NCBI GenBank assembly: GCA_950097015.1
Contig: CATNEN010000029.1
Coordinates: forward strand, 8,060,001 to 8,124,000
DNA: 64,000 nucleotides
Source of the DNA: Macrostomum hystrix
Lineage: Eukaryota > Animalia > Platyhelminthes
Reading direction: 5' to 3'
The number at the start of each line of letters is the position of its first letter. Position 1 is the first letter of the stretch. This document shows positions 1 to 11,874 of this stretch, piece after piece. The translations under genes and the position numbers were made by a program. Under the pieces are notes generated by a model. It saw only the letters and a program-made list of their open reading frames with translations, had not been told where the DNA came from and did not search any database.

Positions 1-389
1 CTGCGGGGCTAACTTTCAGAGCCTGCATTAGGCATCAGTCAGCTAGTATTCTCCCATGCCGATCTCCAATCTTCAATTCCCATCATTTTGGCCTATTTCT
101 CCCTCTCCTTCTCTCGCCGCCCGGCCGCTGTGTCGGCCCACATGTATACATGCATATATATGCATATATATATATATAAATTCCCGATCAATCTATTTTA
201 CTTAAACTAATAAGCTAATTATAGATGAAGGGATGAGTGAGACTGCGAGATTCTTCTTGAGTTTCGCTGAGCCGGCCAAATCAATGCAATGAGGGAATCA
301 TTGTTTAGCTTCCGTTGGGTTAATATAACATTTTTCCGTTGAATTTTTTTTAACCTTTAGCGTAGCCATATGTAAATGATTTTTCAGAT

Positions 390-617
390 GCGGCGCATCT
401 GAAGGCTGCGTACGGCTGGCTGTTCAGTCCATGGACTGGGGGGACGCCACACCCACCCTCGATTACCCTAGATAATGCTGATACCCATTTAACAGCTGGG
501 TGAACTGAAGCGATGCAGAGTTAAGTGTCTTGCTTGTGACAAATTGTTACAAGTCGGGTATCGAACCCCAGACTTTCGAGTCGTGAGTCCGACGCTCTAA
601 CTGCTGGGCTGCGACCC
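390..617 (-). mobile_element. tRNA-derived SINE, family 1 (CORE-like central domain)
   Basis: Reverse complement has a tRNA-like head (GTTAGAGCGTCGGACTCACGACT, then B-box-like GGGTTCGATACCC), followed by GCAAGACACTTAACTCTGCATCGCTTCAGTTCACCCAGCTGTTAAATGGG. Homologous copies lie at 16763, 47575 and 50794. Confidence 0.8.
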
Positions 618-799
618 ACTAGTTGTAAAAAGCATCGCAATCAAAATTGTTGCTGTCTCAATTGGTACTATCACAAAACAATGGATGACTTTGAATTTCA
701 AAATCTACTGATCAACTACTGACTTTTATTACGCTTTACTTACAGTAGTCAATAGAACATATATTTAAATTAGTTCTCCCCATTGCGCCCCGCTCCCAG

Positions 800-2238
800 A
801 TCGAAGCCAGATAAACTGCCAGCCGATGTGCTTGCTGACGCTAGCGCCGGCTTTCGCCTGACTGTCACCTCCGTTGGCATTCCGGACGTCAAAACGCGGT
901 CCTGCCCAACAGGTGCCAACGCCAAGGCTGTTGATTCTGCTGCTGATGCCGCCTCTCTGCTGTCTTCCAGTAGTTCCTCTAAATCTGCTCCGGCGGACGC
1001 TGGCGGAAGCGGCATTGTCGGCGCCGGTCTGCTAGGCGCCGAGGAGGCCGAGCAGCTGCGACGCTGCACTTTTCGTAGAGCGTCTCCGCCGCCGCCTCTC
1101 CCGCTGCCGCTGCCTGCGTCTTCTTCGTCGTCCTCCTCCGCCTCCATGCTGGCCGCGGCTTCGTCGAATTCGCTGGCCAACATGCCGCTGACTACCTGGT
1201 GCCTGCCAGTTGAAGCTTTGTGCGACGGCCTCGTCAACTGTCCTGATGGCACGGACGAGCAGCCCGTGTGCCGACGGGACGGTGAGTGCTCTCTACGTTC
1301 TGTTGTGATCTACGCGCAGATTCGTATAGATAGATTTCAATCACCCCCCTGAATTGCCAGTCTCTCTGATGTCGCGCCTGCTCTCACTCGGTGTCGCCGC
1401 CTCGGTAGCCATGGGCGTCGGCGCTGTAGCCCTCGGCATGGGCTGCGTTCTCGGCCTCGCCTGCTGCTGCTATCGGGCGTTGAGTTCCGAGCCTCCGCCG
1501 GCCGCAACAACCACAGCATCGGCGACGCCTAATGCGGCTATGACAACACTTCATTCGCCTGGTCAGCATCAGCTTCTGCTCTATCAGCAGCAGCAGCAGC
1601 AGCACCGTCTGATAATGGCCTCCCGTCAGAGTCCGGCGGCCTCCGTGCAGCGGCCTCCAAGTCGCCAGACGCCGCCGCCACCACATTCAAGCATCGGCGC
1701 AGACTATGCCGCGTACGGCCACAATTCGTCTCATTATTCGCTAGCCGATGGCAGCAGCGGCGGTGGCAGGTCCTACCAGAAGTCCAGCTTAGCAGTTAGC
1801 GCTTATCCCCAGCAGCAGCAGCAGCAGCGAGCCTACAACAGCACTGAGCAACTATTTGGCTATGGCCAGCTTCATCAACAGCAGATTCATCAGAATCCTT
1901 ACAGTCAGCAGCAGCAGCACAATCTCTACAATCATCACCACCATCAGCAGCAGCAGCAGCAGCAGCAGGGTCAGTATCGACTGGGCCAGCACCATCCGCA
2001 GCCGGCCAGCCATCACGGCGGTTACGGCGGCGCCGGGGGTAGTCGCACTCCGACCAGCTCTCGTAGCGCCAAGAGCGGCCGCAGCGGCCGCAGTTCCTAC
2101 GGGCCTGGCCATCAGATTCGGCCTGTACCGCCGCCGTCCAGGGCCGACTCGGAGACTGGCGGACATCAGCTGCTACAGCAACAGCAGCCAGCTTCCTCCG
2201 GATCTCGCGATAGAATAGTCTATCCAGTGCAACTGTGA
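800..2238 (+). CDS. 3' exons of a single-pass membrane protein with an LDL-receptor class A repeat and Q/H/S-rich cytoplasmic tail (5'-partial)
   Basis: Exons 800-1281 and 1361-2238. The GTGAGT...TTGCCAG intron is phase-1 compatible. WCLPVEALCDGLVNCPDGTDEQPVC is an LDLa motif, followed by a hydrophobic segment ending CCCYR. Acceptor CTCCCAG at 793-799; start exon not seen. Confidence 0.75.
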
Positions 2239-2689
2239 CGCGGCCAGGCTTTTCCCTGTCCCGATGTGACTAATTCTTTTTCCAGATTCTGGTCCGCGAC
2301 TTTTGTCCAGGTCGTCAGCCTCCGTCCAACGCAATCCAAACTTCTTATCTAATTACTAACTAACTACAACTAATGACGATGTCTACAATTGACTGAGCTT
2401 AGGTTTGTAAATAGATTTGTTTCGGAATTTTCATCAAATCTCATTGCTGATTTTCAATTTGTTACAATGCAAACAGGCTTAATCGATGATTCCATTCACT
2501 CAGTTACAAAGAATCTCCTAGATACTTCTAGATTAAAGAATAAATCTGGTTATTTACTCGTAAGTGTGATTAGACTAGCCAAGAATTAAGTCGGCAAACT
2601 CCGGCCCGCGTGCCTGATGCGTCCCTGGCAGATCCCAAATGCAGCCCGTCCGGCCCTGCATTATCCTGTTTCAAATTTCCCGTCACATC

Positions 2690-2855
2690 TCTCCTCGGTC
2701 TCGTCTCTCCCGTGTCTCATCTCTCCCGTCTCATCTCTCCCGTATCTCATCTCTCCCTTGTCTCATCTCTCCCGTGTCTCATCTCTCCCGTCTCATCTCT
2801 CCCGTGTCTCATCTCTCCCGTCTCATCTCTCCCGTGTCTCATCTCTCCCCTATCT
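2690..2855. repeat. Minisatellite, 14/16-bp units (TCTCATCTCTCCCG[TG])
   Basis: Direct tandem units visible. Confidence 0.9.
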
Positions 2856-3436
2856 CATATTTTTACAGTCAATGCGGCCCGCTGTCGTCTTTTAGGTTCT
2901 CTCTTTGGCCCGCCAGCTAATAAGTTTGCCGACCCCTGGCCTAGCCTAAAAAGTCAATTTTGGCGTGACTCAAATGAAAAAATGCGTTATTCGACTTACC
3001 TTTTCTATACTACTTTAGCTGACCAACAGCAAGTAGTATATCCAGGTGTGAATAAAACTAGACGGTGTTTGGTTTTTCTTCTCTTGTTTATTAATAAATT
3101 TTTATAATCAATGCTTTTCTGGATACCGTCGAGCTTATTTTGTCGTGCAACTTTAAGATGCAATCTTTGTTTACAAGTCGCTCTTGCTTGCCTGTCAGAA
3201 TTAGCGCTTAATTTTATTGCTTCTTCTATCCGTTAATTAATGGCTTTTTTAAATACGACTTTAATGAGCTTTAAGATTTTTTAAACCGAGCTTCTTCGCA
3301 AAGATACAAGTTTTTCTGTTTTAACTATTTGTGTAACCAAAGAGCTTTGTCTCAGACCTAAATTGTGGCACTTTCATCTTGGTGCAAATTCACTGGGGTT
3401 TAGTGTGATTAATAACTCCGATATCTCAGGAAAATT

Positions 3437-3500
3437 TGGAGTAAGCGACGGATCTGTTAGCGCGCCTAGGTCCAAGGGTTGAATCCGCGGCGAGGCCACA
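3437..3500 (+). mobile_element. SINE family 2, head fragment
   Basis: GTTGAATCCGCGGCGAGGCCACA matches the heads of the copies at 37332 and 56982. Confidence 0.5.
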
Positions 3501-4847
3501 ATAATTTCACCAGGTCGTTTCTTCGCTCCTTTCCTTGCTTTCACAGGCCCCTACAAAAAATAATAAAATAATTTAGTTTTGACTAGCGAATTCAGAATCA
3601 ACATTTAAATGCCAGTTTTCACCAAGTTAATCGGCTCCTACTTCAAGTCCTTAAGTATTTACATCAAAACTGCAATTTAGAAAAACTTTTTTAACCATGA
3701 TTCAACATTTTTAAGATGAACTAAATCATCTTTTGACAGTTACCGCTTGTTAATTGCTTCTTTCCTTGCCGTTTTTTCCTATTATCTTTTTTTGGTATCG
3801 TCGTAAGCTTTGACAATGCCGCCTAATTTTTTGCGATGTACTACTATACTAAGTAGTACCGGCAGTTAGTTTTACACCAGCTTTGTTCTCCGCCAGCATA
3901 AATGCATGCACTTTTGTCTTCTCTCTAGTGCAAGCCTTGCCTCGAGCCATAACATACTGAGCCAAATGGCCATAACAAATATCATGAGTCGAATCTTTAT
4001 ATATTCCTTTTATAATACTGCAAGTAATACTCGATACTCATTTCTTCTTTTGCATGCTTTTTATACAAACAACGTAGCATTAACGTCTCCATGTTGTTTT
4101 TGTCATAAGCAATGTACTACAATGCATATATAATATTGCATTATTAATATTATTATACTATAAAATAGAAAACATGATGATGTAAATTGGATTTTTTGTG
4201 CCAGATAATGTGGTCGAAATCAATCATATATCCTGTCTAGTCTTAAATTCTTTGTGTAGAAGTTTATCGTATTGTAAAAGTCTGCATCTATCGCAATAAA
4301 TTGTTTTTCACAAAACCGTTAAGCAAGTCGTTAATATATTTTCCATGAAAATAGTTACACATCTCTGACAAAGATAGAGATTTCCGAGATAGAGATTGGT
4401 ACAACCTATGTCGAAAAAGTCAGGGCGCATGATTATATTGACCCATTAAATTCATTCTAGTCGAATCTAATGAATTCGCTCAACCAACTGGCAGTAGGAC
4501 ACGTGACGCATGCTAAACTTGAAATTTATGTCGTTAATTCAGATAATGCAGCACTGATTAGGATAGGAATTTAGTTACAGAGATGCAATAGTTCGTTTTC
4601 TATGATGAATTTCATCATTTAGGATAGCGCACAATTTTTTATGTAAATCAACATTGGATAGGTGTAACTTTAGAAAATAAAATAAGATTGGATGCAGCTA
4701 AACGTAGAGAGAATCAGAGCGTGTGTGTGTGTGTGTGTTTCCAGAAAATAATAACGCGAAAGCAGATGCTTGACAATTTCTCATAGGATGGTAGTAGAAG
4801 CCTCCAATAGGCCTCCAATTGACATCCTCCAAAAGGATGTCAATAAA

Positions 4848-7800
4848 TCAAAGCGGAACGTGCGAGAACAGGTAGGACACACTCTCGCCATTGTGCGTCC
4901 GCCTGATCGCCTCGCCCAGCATCATGCTGACGTCGATGCACTGAATCTTGGAACAATTGCGCATGTTGTAATCCTGCGGTATCGTATTAGTGACAACCAC
5001 AGCTTCGAAGTTACTGCGATTAATCCGATCGATGGCCGCGCCGCTGAGGATGCCGTGCACGCAGATTGCGTAGACTCGAGCGGCTCCGGCCTCTTGAAGC
5101 TTCTCAGCGGCGTGACAGATTGTGCCGCAGGTGTCGGCCATGTCGTCAACTAGGATGGCCGCTTTGCCTTTTACATCGCCAACTAGGACCATGCGGTCAA
5201 CTTCGTTGGCCTTTTTGCGCTCCTTGTGGATCAGGGCGAACTCAACATTGAGCCGATCCGCTATGGAGGTGACTCGCTTGGCACCGCCGGCATCCGGGCT
5301 AACAATGACCGAGTCCTGCCAGCCGGCAACATTCTCCATGATCCACTTGATCACAGCCGGCTCGGCGTAGAGATTGTCAACTGGGATGTCGAAGAAGCCC
5401 TGCAGAGTGCGAAGATAGTAAGGATACATTAGTCTAGCGCATTAGTCTAAAGTATAGCCATATACTCGTATTTCTAACTGCCCCTTATCCGCCCGCGTTT
5501 AGCCCAAACCTAGCAGAAAACGGAGAGGTCTAAAATTTGAAATCAGCCCAGGATATTTCTGTCCTTAAGCAACATTCGAATTCGAATTTGTGTAGTGGCC
5601 ATCGAGTCCATGGACTGAACATATATACACAGTCTTTGTATGCGACCAAATGACCCCTGGCAGTACATCTGGCGCAACTAGGTAGGTTTTTTATAATTCT
5701 ATCTACCTATATTTTATACGAGGTTTACTGCGTGAAAAGAAATAAATTTACGCCCATTAACAGAAGAAAGACCAGGCTATTCCCCCCTGGGAATATTTCA
5801 AATATCCACTGCCTACTTAATAGTAGAACAATACGCTATATAAATGAACTGCTAATAGTAATCATTTATGATAGCTCCCAAACTGAATGACCGATTTTCG
5901 TCGGTCACCTTTTGGATCAAGATTTTCGTATAAACATCTATGGCGATTCCATATTGGTTCAAAATGGATAAAACTATATAAAATACGATTGCTTATTTAA
6001 TCGTTAAAAATTGTACTATTCTGAGCCGGGAATGTGTTGTCTATGGTAATTTTTGATGAGATTATTTGACAAAACTAGGATATTATATCATATAATCTCC
6101 TCGAAATAAGGAGCATAATAAGGAACATTGAAGTGAACTTTGAATTCTGCTTTTACGTTTTGCCATCACTGACTCACTAGCTGCTTCGTGACTGTATCTT
6201 CGTGAGAAATTTATTTTTTTGTCTATGGTCGGAATCAAATGGTCTAAACCTATGTCTATCAATCAGATGGGATGCCCACGAAAAATAAGCAATCGAATTT
6301 CATATATGATAAACGCCGTTTAATTCATCATAGTCTATGGTTAGAATATCCTCGGCTGCAATCAATGGTCCTCGGCTCGCTACGCTTGCCTCGAGACCAT
6401 TAAACGCAGCCTCGGACATTCTAGCCACAGAATGTGAATTAAACGGCGTTTATTATTTACTTAATCAATAATATAGTCAGTTAATAAATATATAGTCAAC
6501 GATTAGCCGACATGGTTAATGATGAAACTCCATGAGCAGAAAATTTATGCCTATATTGGTGGTTTTTGCCACCAGACCCCACGACGAGAATCGTTGAATA
6601 TCTCGATTATCGACTATGACGATGTTTTGTGATTCTGGAAGTTGTTTCATCGGATAGAGCGAAAAATTCTAGCCGTGTTTTAGAATTTCATGGCGATTGG
6701 TTGAATAGAAAAATGTGGGAATTTGAAAAACCCCTGTGCTCTTTCTACTGTTACAAGGCGAAGGCACAACTCAGACATTATGTCACTTGCTACAAGATTA
6801 ATCTAGTCTCCTAAATATCACACAATGCAATGCTAGCGATCTATTCGTAATTCAAAGAAGGATTCGAAACTTTCCTGAATCTGCGAGGCGTGCAAGTCCA
6901 TTGTGATGATGTGATCGGCGCCAGCCACGCTGAGCATATTCGCCACCAGCTTAGCCGAGATTGGGGCCCGCGATTTGTCCTTCTTATCCTGTCTGGCATA
7001 GGGGAAACAGGGCATCACAGCGGTGACGCGAGCAGCGGAAGCAGTCTTGCAGGCGCTGATCATGATTAGTAACTCCATGAGCATGTCATTGACTTCACCA
7101 GAGCCAGTCTGTATGATGTAAACATCCTCGCCACGGACTGATTCGCCGATTTCAACACTGCATTTTATATTAAACAGGAAAAGTTCACTGCTTTCTACTT
7201 GAATGAAAGAACAATTTTTTTAAAACAAATACATTGATTTTTTGAAGAATAAAGAGAGGTTAATGAGAAGGGTAAGAAAATTTACAGAAGAAGCTTATGA
7301 AAATGTGAAGAAAAAACACAGTTCAGGGCAAAATAAATTAAAATTCTTTAAAAAGAAATTCTTAGTCATATCAAGATTTTAGATTGAAAATATATCAAAT
7401 GTACTTGAAGTAGCAATCAAGATTTTATGAACAATTCTAGTCATTAGTATACTCCCCTATGGGAAAAGGTTGACAATCCCCAGATGACATCTGGAGCACT
7501 TTTGGGACTCTTCTAAAGCACAGCCCCACAGTGTGCAAGCAGCTAAAGGAGCTAAAGTGCTCCTTTCTTAATCTTTCTCAATTCTAAAGTACATGTCTGC
7601 ATCTGCAGGTTTTCAACATAAATTTCAATAGAGCTATACTATAATGTACAACTTTTGGAACATAGATAATAAGCAAGATTTATTATTATATATTAACAAT
7701 AACTCACAGACATTTTTAGGCAACAGGCAACATTTGCATGCTTTATGGCCCAAATTTTTAGGCAGAGCTTATTCCCACAGTCCCATGCCGATAATTTCAA

Positions 7801-9616
7801 TTTTATCCACACGGATCCATGCCGATAATTTTCTGCTTATCAACACGTCAGCTTGTATGAATAGGTCTACAACTCTTTATATATGCCATGCCGTTAATTT
7901 CAATTTTATCCACACGGAGCCGTGCCGATAATTTTCTGCTTATCCAGTACACATCAGCTTGTATGAATAGGTCTAAAGCTCTTTATATAAATAAGCTGTG
8001 CCGTTAATTTCAATTTTATCCACACGGTTCTGTTCTTTGAAACGAGGTCCTTTCAGGTTTGAATGTTTTGTTAAACCCTCGAGCCAATAGATTGACAAAG
8101 TTGCCAGTGTGTTTGATGGTACCTGGACACTTCGTCATCTTACAACTTTGTCATCCAGATGATGATCTGTCCAATATCTCAGAGGGTGGATGACAAAGAG
8201 ACTTAGACTTGTGGACACTTTGTCATCTATAAAACAAAATTTTTCAAAGTTAACACAGAACTACCCCTCCCCACATTGTGTTGGCACCTATCTTTCAACT
8301 CTTATAATGAAATCAGTTTTGTCACCTCTTTTTGACAATTTAGAGTGTGAAGTGTGTTCACACCTCTGCCCCACCACCCCACCCTCACTTTATTGATGAC
8401 GAACTTGATTACTTGTTATTAGTAGATGACGAACTGACCGAACTTTAAAGCATGCCAATTGGCTAGATGACAAAGTGTCCTACCTTCCAAGTGGATGATG
8501 AAGCTGTAAGATGACGAAGTTGTAAGATGACGAAGTGTCTAGGATCCGTTACGACAGTGTTCTACATTTTGACCTACACATTCATTAACTGACATTAATG
8601 TCATCCTTTTTAATTATTTTAATAACAACTTACCAAATATTTTGTCATTGTTACGTGTTTTAATTCGAATTATATTGACTTAAAAAGTAAAAAGTCTATC
8701 AAAGAAAATCATACAAGTCAACCAGTAGAATTCTAGTCAGCACAAAACTCGTCACACATATTATACATCATTGTTATTCTTTTACACTATGCATTGATAG
8801 TGTACACTATACACTATACTCTGAAGCAAAAGCCTTATGCTCAGAGAAGAATAGGTAGGGACTTTAAAGTAGAACTATTCATACAAGCTGCTGTGTGGAT
8901 AAGCAGAAAATTATCGGCACAGATCCGTGTGGATAAAATTGAAATTATCGGCATGGGACTGTGGGAATAAGCGCTTCCAATTTTTTACTACATTTTTACT
9001 AATCTTTGAATTTGAAGGTATTTGTTGCAATCATAATATTTAAGTCACATAATTAATTAATACTAATATTTTCATGTAGGCAGTTATTATTTAATATTGG
9101 CTACATACCTACATTTAGGAGCATAGCTACAAAAGTATAGAAAAAGTAAAAGCTAGAAAAAGAAATTTGTAGCCAATTGTAGATTTTTTAATACAAACTG
9201 TTGATGCATAGGCCAGATAGTCTAGTTTGAGTAAGACTAGATTTTGATAGATTCATAGGCCTAGCCTAGGCCTATAGAACAAACACTAGTCAACAAACAC
9301 TGTGTGGCATCTAAGTCTGGATAAATCAATTAGCTTCTTCAAATGCACATTTGCGCTAGGCCTAGTGCTTAGTCGCATGGCCAGACTGACCTAGGCTCTT
9401 GAGCATGATGAGACACGGTTGTAGGGTCTACTCTGCTTAAGGTATAGATAAGAACTATGCCAAATCGTTTTTAAACATTTTATTGTGTACTTACCATGTT
9501 TCCTGGTTGCTAAATTTTTTCGTGACCACTTTACCAAGCTCGTGGCCTAACCGCTCACATATTTTTGTAGCCAAGTCCTGGTTCGAGTTGCCAGAAAAAA
9601 TCTTGATGTTTGGCAT
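4848..9616 (-). CDS. PRPS1: Ribose-phosphate pyrophosphokinase
   Basis: Exons 9616-9495, 7157-6875, 5399-4848. MPNIKIFSG start; motifs [44 protein letters not shown] and [10 protein letters not shown]. Intron 2 donor is non-canonical GA. Paralog number cannot be assigned. Confidence 0.95.
6309..6453. repeat. Long imperfect palindrome, probably the end of a non-autonomous DNA element in PRPS intron 2
   Basis: Perfect 19-bp inverted arms at 6309-6327 and 6435-6453, plus nested arms (TGGTTAGAAT/ATTCTAGCCA and AATGGTC/GACCATT). Confidence 0.65.
7767..8972. mobile_element. MITE-like element with ~75-bp terminal inverted repeats in PRPS intron 1
   Basis: GCTTATTCCCACAGTCCCATGCCGATAATTTCAATTTTATCCACACGG at 7767 is mirrored as its reverse complement ending at 8972; no ORF inside. 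Confidence 0.7.
8118..8547. mobile_element. Nested MITE with ~38-bp TIRs
   Basis: GGTACCTGGACACTTCGTCATCTTACAACTTTGTCATC versus GATGACGAAGTTGTAAGATGACGAAGTGTCTAGGATCC; internal GATGACAA/TTGTCATC motifs. Confidence 0.65.
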
Positions 9617-11302
9617 CTTAGTTATCTTATAATTCTTATACTTTAAGGTTAGAGTTTAAGTAACTGAAAACCAAAACAGCCTATATGAAACAGTTCAATT
9701 TTCTAACAAAGATATCTAAAAATAAGAATAAAATAGTCTGGGTATACACTACGATAACCGAACATAAAGTCTTCCAAGTTCCTTACGTTGACTACACGCT
9801 AATTTCCCTTACGCATAGAAATTTTATAGTGCGTGAAAGAAAGCCGATTTGAATAATAATTTGTCATATAATCAAATATTTCAATACATTAGAACTTAAT
9901 AAATAGAAGTTAAAGAGTTGAGAGAGTTGAAGCTGTCTTCTTTTCAGAAATATTTTGCGCCCTGCATCATTTTTGCACTTTCGAATGGGCGCAAATTGTT
10001 TATTTTTAACACCGGAAAAATCTAAAAGTCGAAAGAGAATCTAGGTCCATCGGCCTAATCCTGCATTGAAACTATTTCGCAGGATTTCATGTGTCTGCAC
10101 TCATTGTTTAGAGTGATTAAACTGACTCAAAACAGCGAACTATCTTTTCGCAGTTAATCTAACAAAAATTCGAAAGTTACGCGACGCGATCGACGACCAG
10201 AGCAGGATGGTCAAATATCCGATATATACAGAATATTAAATTTGCCTTATTGTCTTAAAAGATGAGATTTATATAGTAGTTTTAGGAAAATGAAATGGCC
10301 CAGGATTCCCTTTTAAGCCAAGTGCACTAGAGCTCAGCCGCATGTAAGCCGCATGCCAGCCGCATATGGTCTGAGTTGGCATGCGGACTTCATTTTTTTT
10401 CATACATGTCCGGCTTGATTGGAAATGTGTGGCCCAGAGAAATTTTGATAAGTTTAATATAATTTGATAGGTTTTATTGCTGGCCCAAGCTGCTTTCAAA
10501 ATCGATGCGGCTGAGGTGCGGCTAGCTTTTGGTCAGTGATTAAACTCAAGTCCTGTTTATTGTTTAGTCGTCATAAACTGTGTGCTAGACTTCGATGGGC
10601 GTCCATTTACTTCTGATTTTGCTTGTGTTGCTATAATTGATACAGAATTAATGAGATAAAATGAGATAAAACGAGATCAGATTTACTAAAAAACTGGAGA
10701 AAAAGAAAGAATTTATTATATTGATGCAGCTAGTTGTATAAATTGTTTAAGCTTGAAATTTTTCATGCCTAAGCTGCCAAACGCTATCTTGCAAAATCTT
10801 AACAAATGAGAGCGTTTTCCGCCCATACATGTCCCGCAACCATCGATATGATATATTTATGAGCTGACGGCCATAACGGAACACAACGGCAGCAATTTGG
10901 TCAGCAAAGAAACCGACTGATCGAGGCCTTCAAAACCTCTCAGGCGTTCTGCAGGGGCGAAACCAGGGCGCACAGGGAGAACGACGCAAAAAATTACAGG
11001 CTTTCGCGCTTATCCAAAGCTTCTGTGGCAGGCTTTTAAGGAACGGCTATAGAATAATGCAGTTAGCAAACTTTTACCTTTTTCCGTTTCAAATAGCGAA
11101 CACGACCCTCGAAGGCCTCTAATACAGCAGAACTCGACACCCCGACCGTTAAAGACCCCAGAACTCGACCCTCAAAGACCCCACAAACGGCCAAAACCAT
11201 ATCTCTAAAGAAATCAGAACTTGACCCTCGAAAATTTAATCACAAATGTGGAGTCATTGAGAAGCAGGCCTTTGATAACAATAGTAATGAAAATAAGAAA
11301 GC

Positions 11303-11342
11303 TAATAATAATAATAATAATAATAATAAAAATAATAATAAT
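11303..11342. repeat. (AAT)n microsatellite
   Basis: Direct trinucleotide run. Confidence 0.85.
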
Positions 11343-11394
11343 GCACACAGGGGGGCTATGGGCATCGGAAAATCATTTAGTGACACTATAGATC

Positions 11395-11632
11395 CGCAGC
11401 CAGCGAGAGGACGCAACAATGTCCATTCCAGTGACTTCTTAGCACACATATACACGCACAAAGATACTGTAAGTGTGTACATCTGCTCCTCTGACTTTCT
11501 TAATGGCTTAAATTGTACGACAAACCCCACAACGCCTTCTCTCTGCGGCTGCGCCCTCGAAGGAATGTGCGTGGCCTCGCCGCGGAATCGAGCTCAGGGA
11601 TCTTGGTGCGAGAGGCAAACACGTTTGACCGC
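11395..11632 (-). mobile_element. tRNA-derived SINE, family 2
   Basis: Reverse complement aligns with 37332-37625 and 56982-57303 (TTTGCCTCTCGC...TCGATTCCGCGGCGAGGCCAC...). Confidence 0.7.
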
Positions 11633-11874
11633 TATAATATAAATATAACATTTTCATTTTTAATTATAACAACATAAGTTATTCGAGATTTCAAGTAGCA
11701 AAAACCCGTCTGAACATAGGGGCAGTGTTATTCGTAATTTGTTGATAGTTAAACATAATCGTATAGCTCGTAGCACGAAAGAGTATAAGAAAGGAATAAA
11801 AAAGATTTTTTTGCGTAGAAGAATAATTTAGTAGCGAGGTTCTCGCAAAATAAAACTCCCCATTCTCATGCAGT

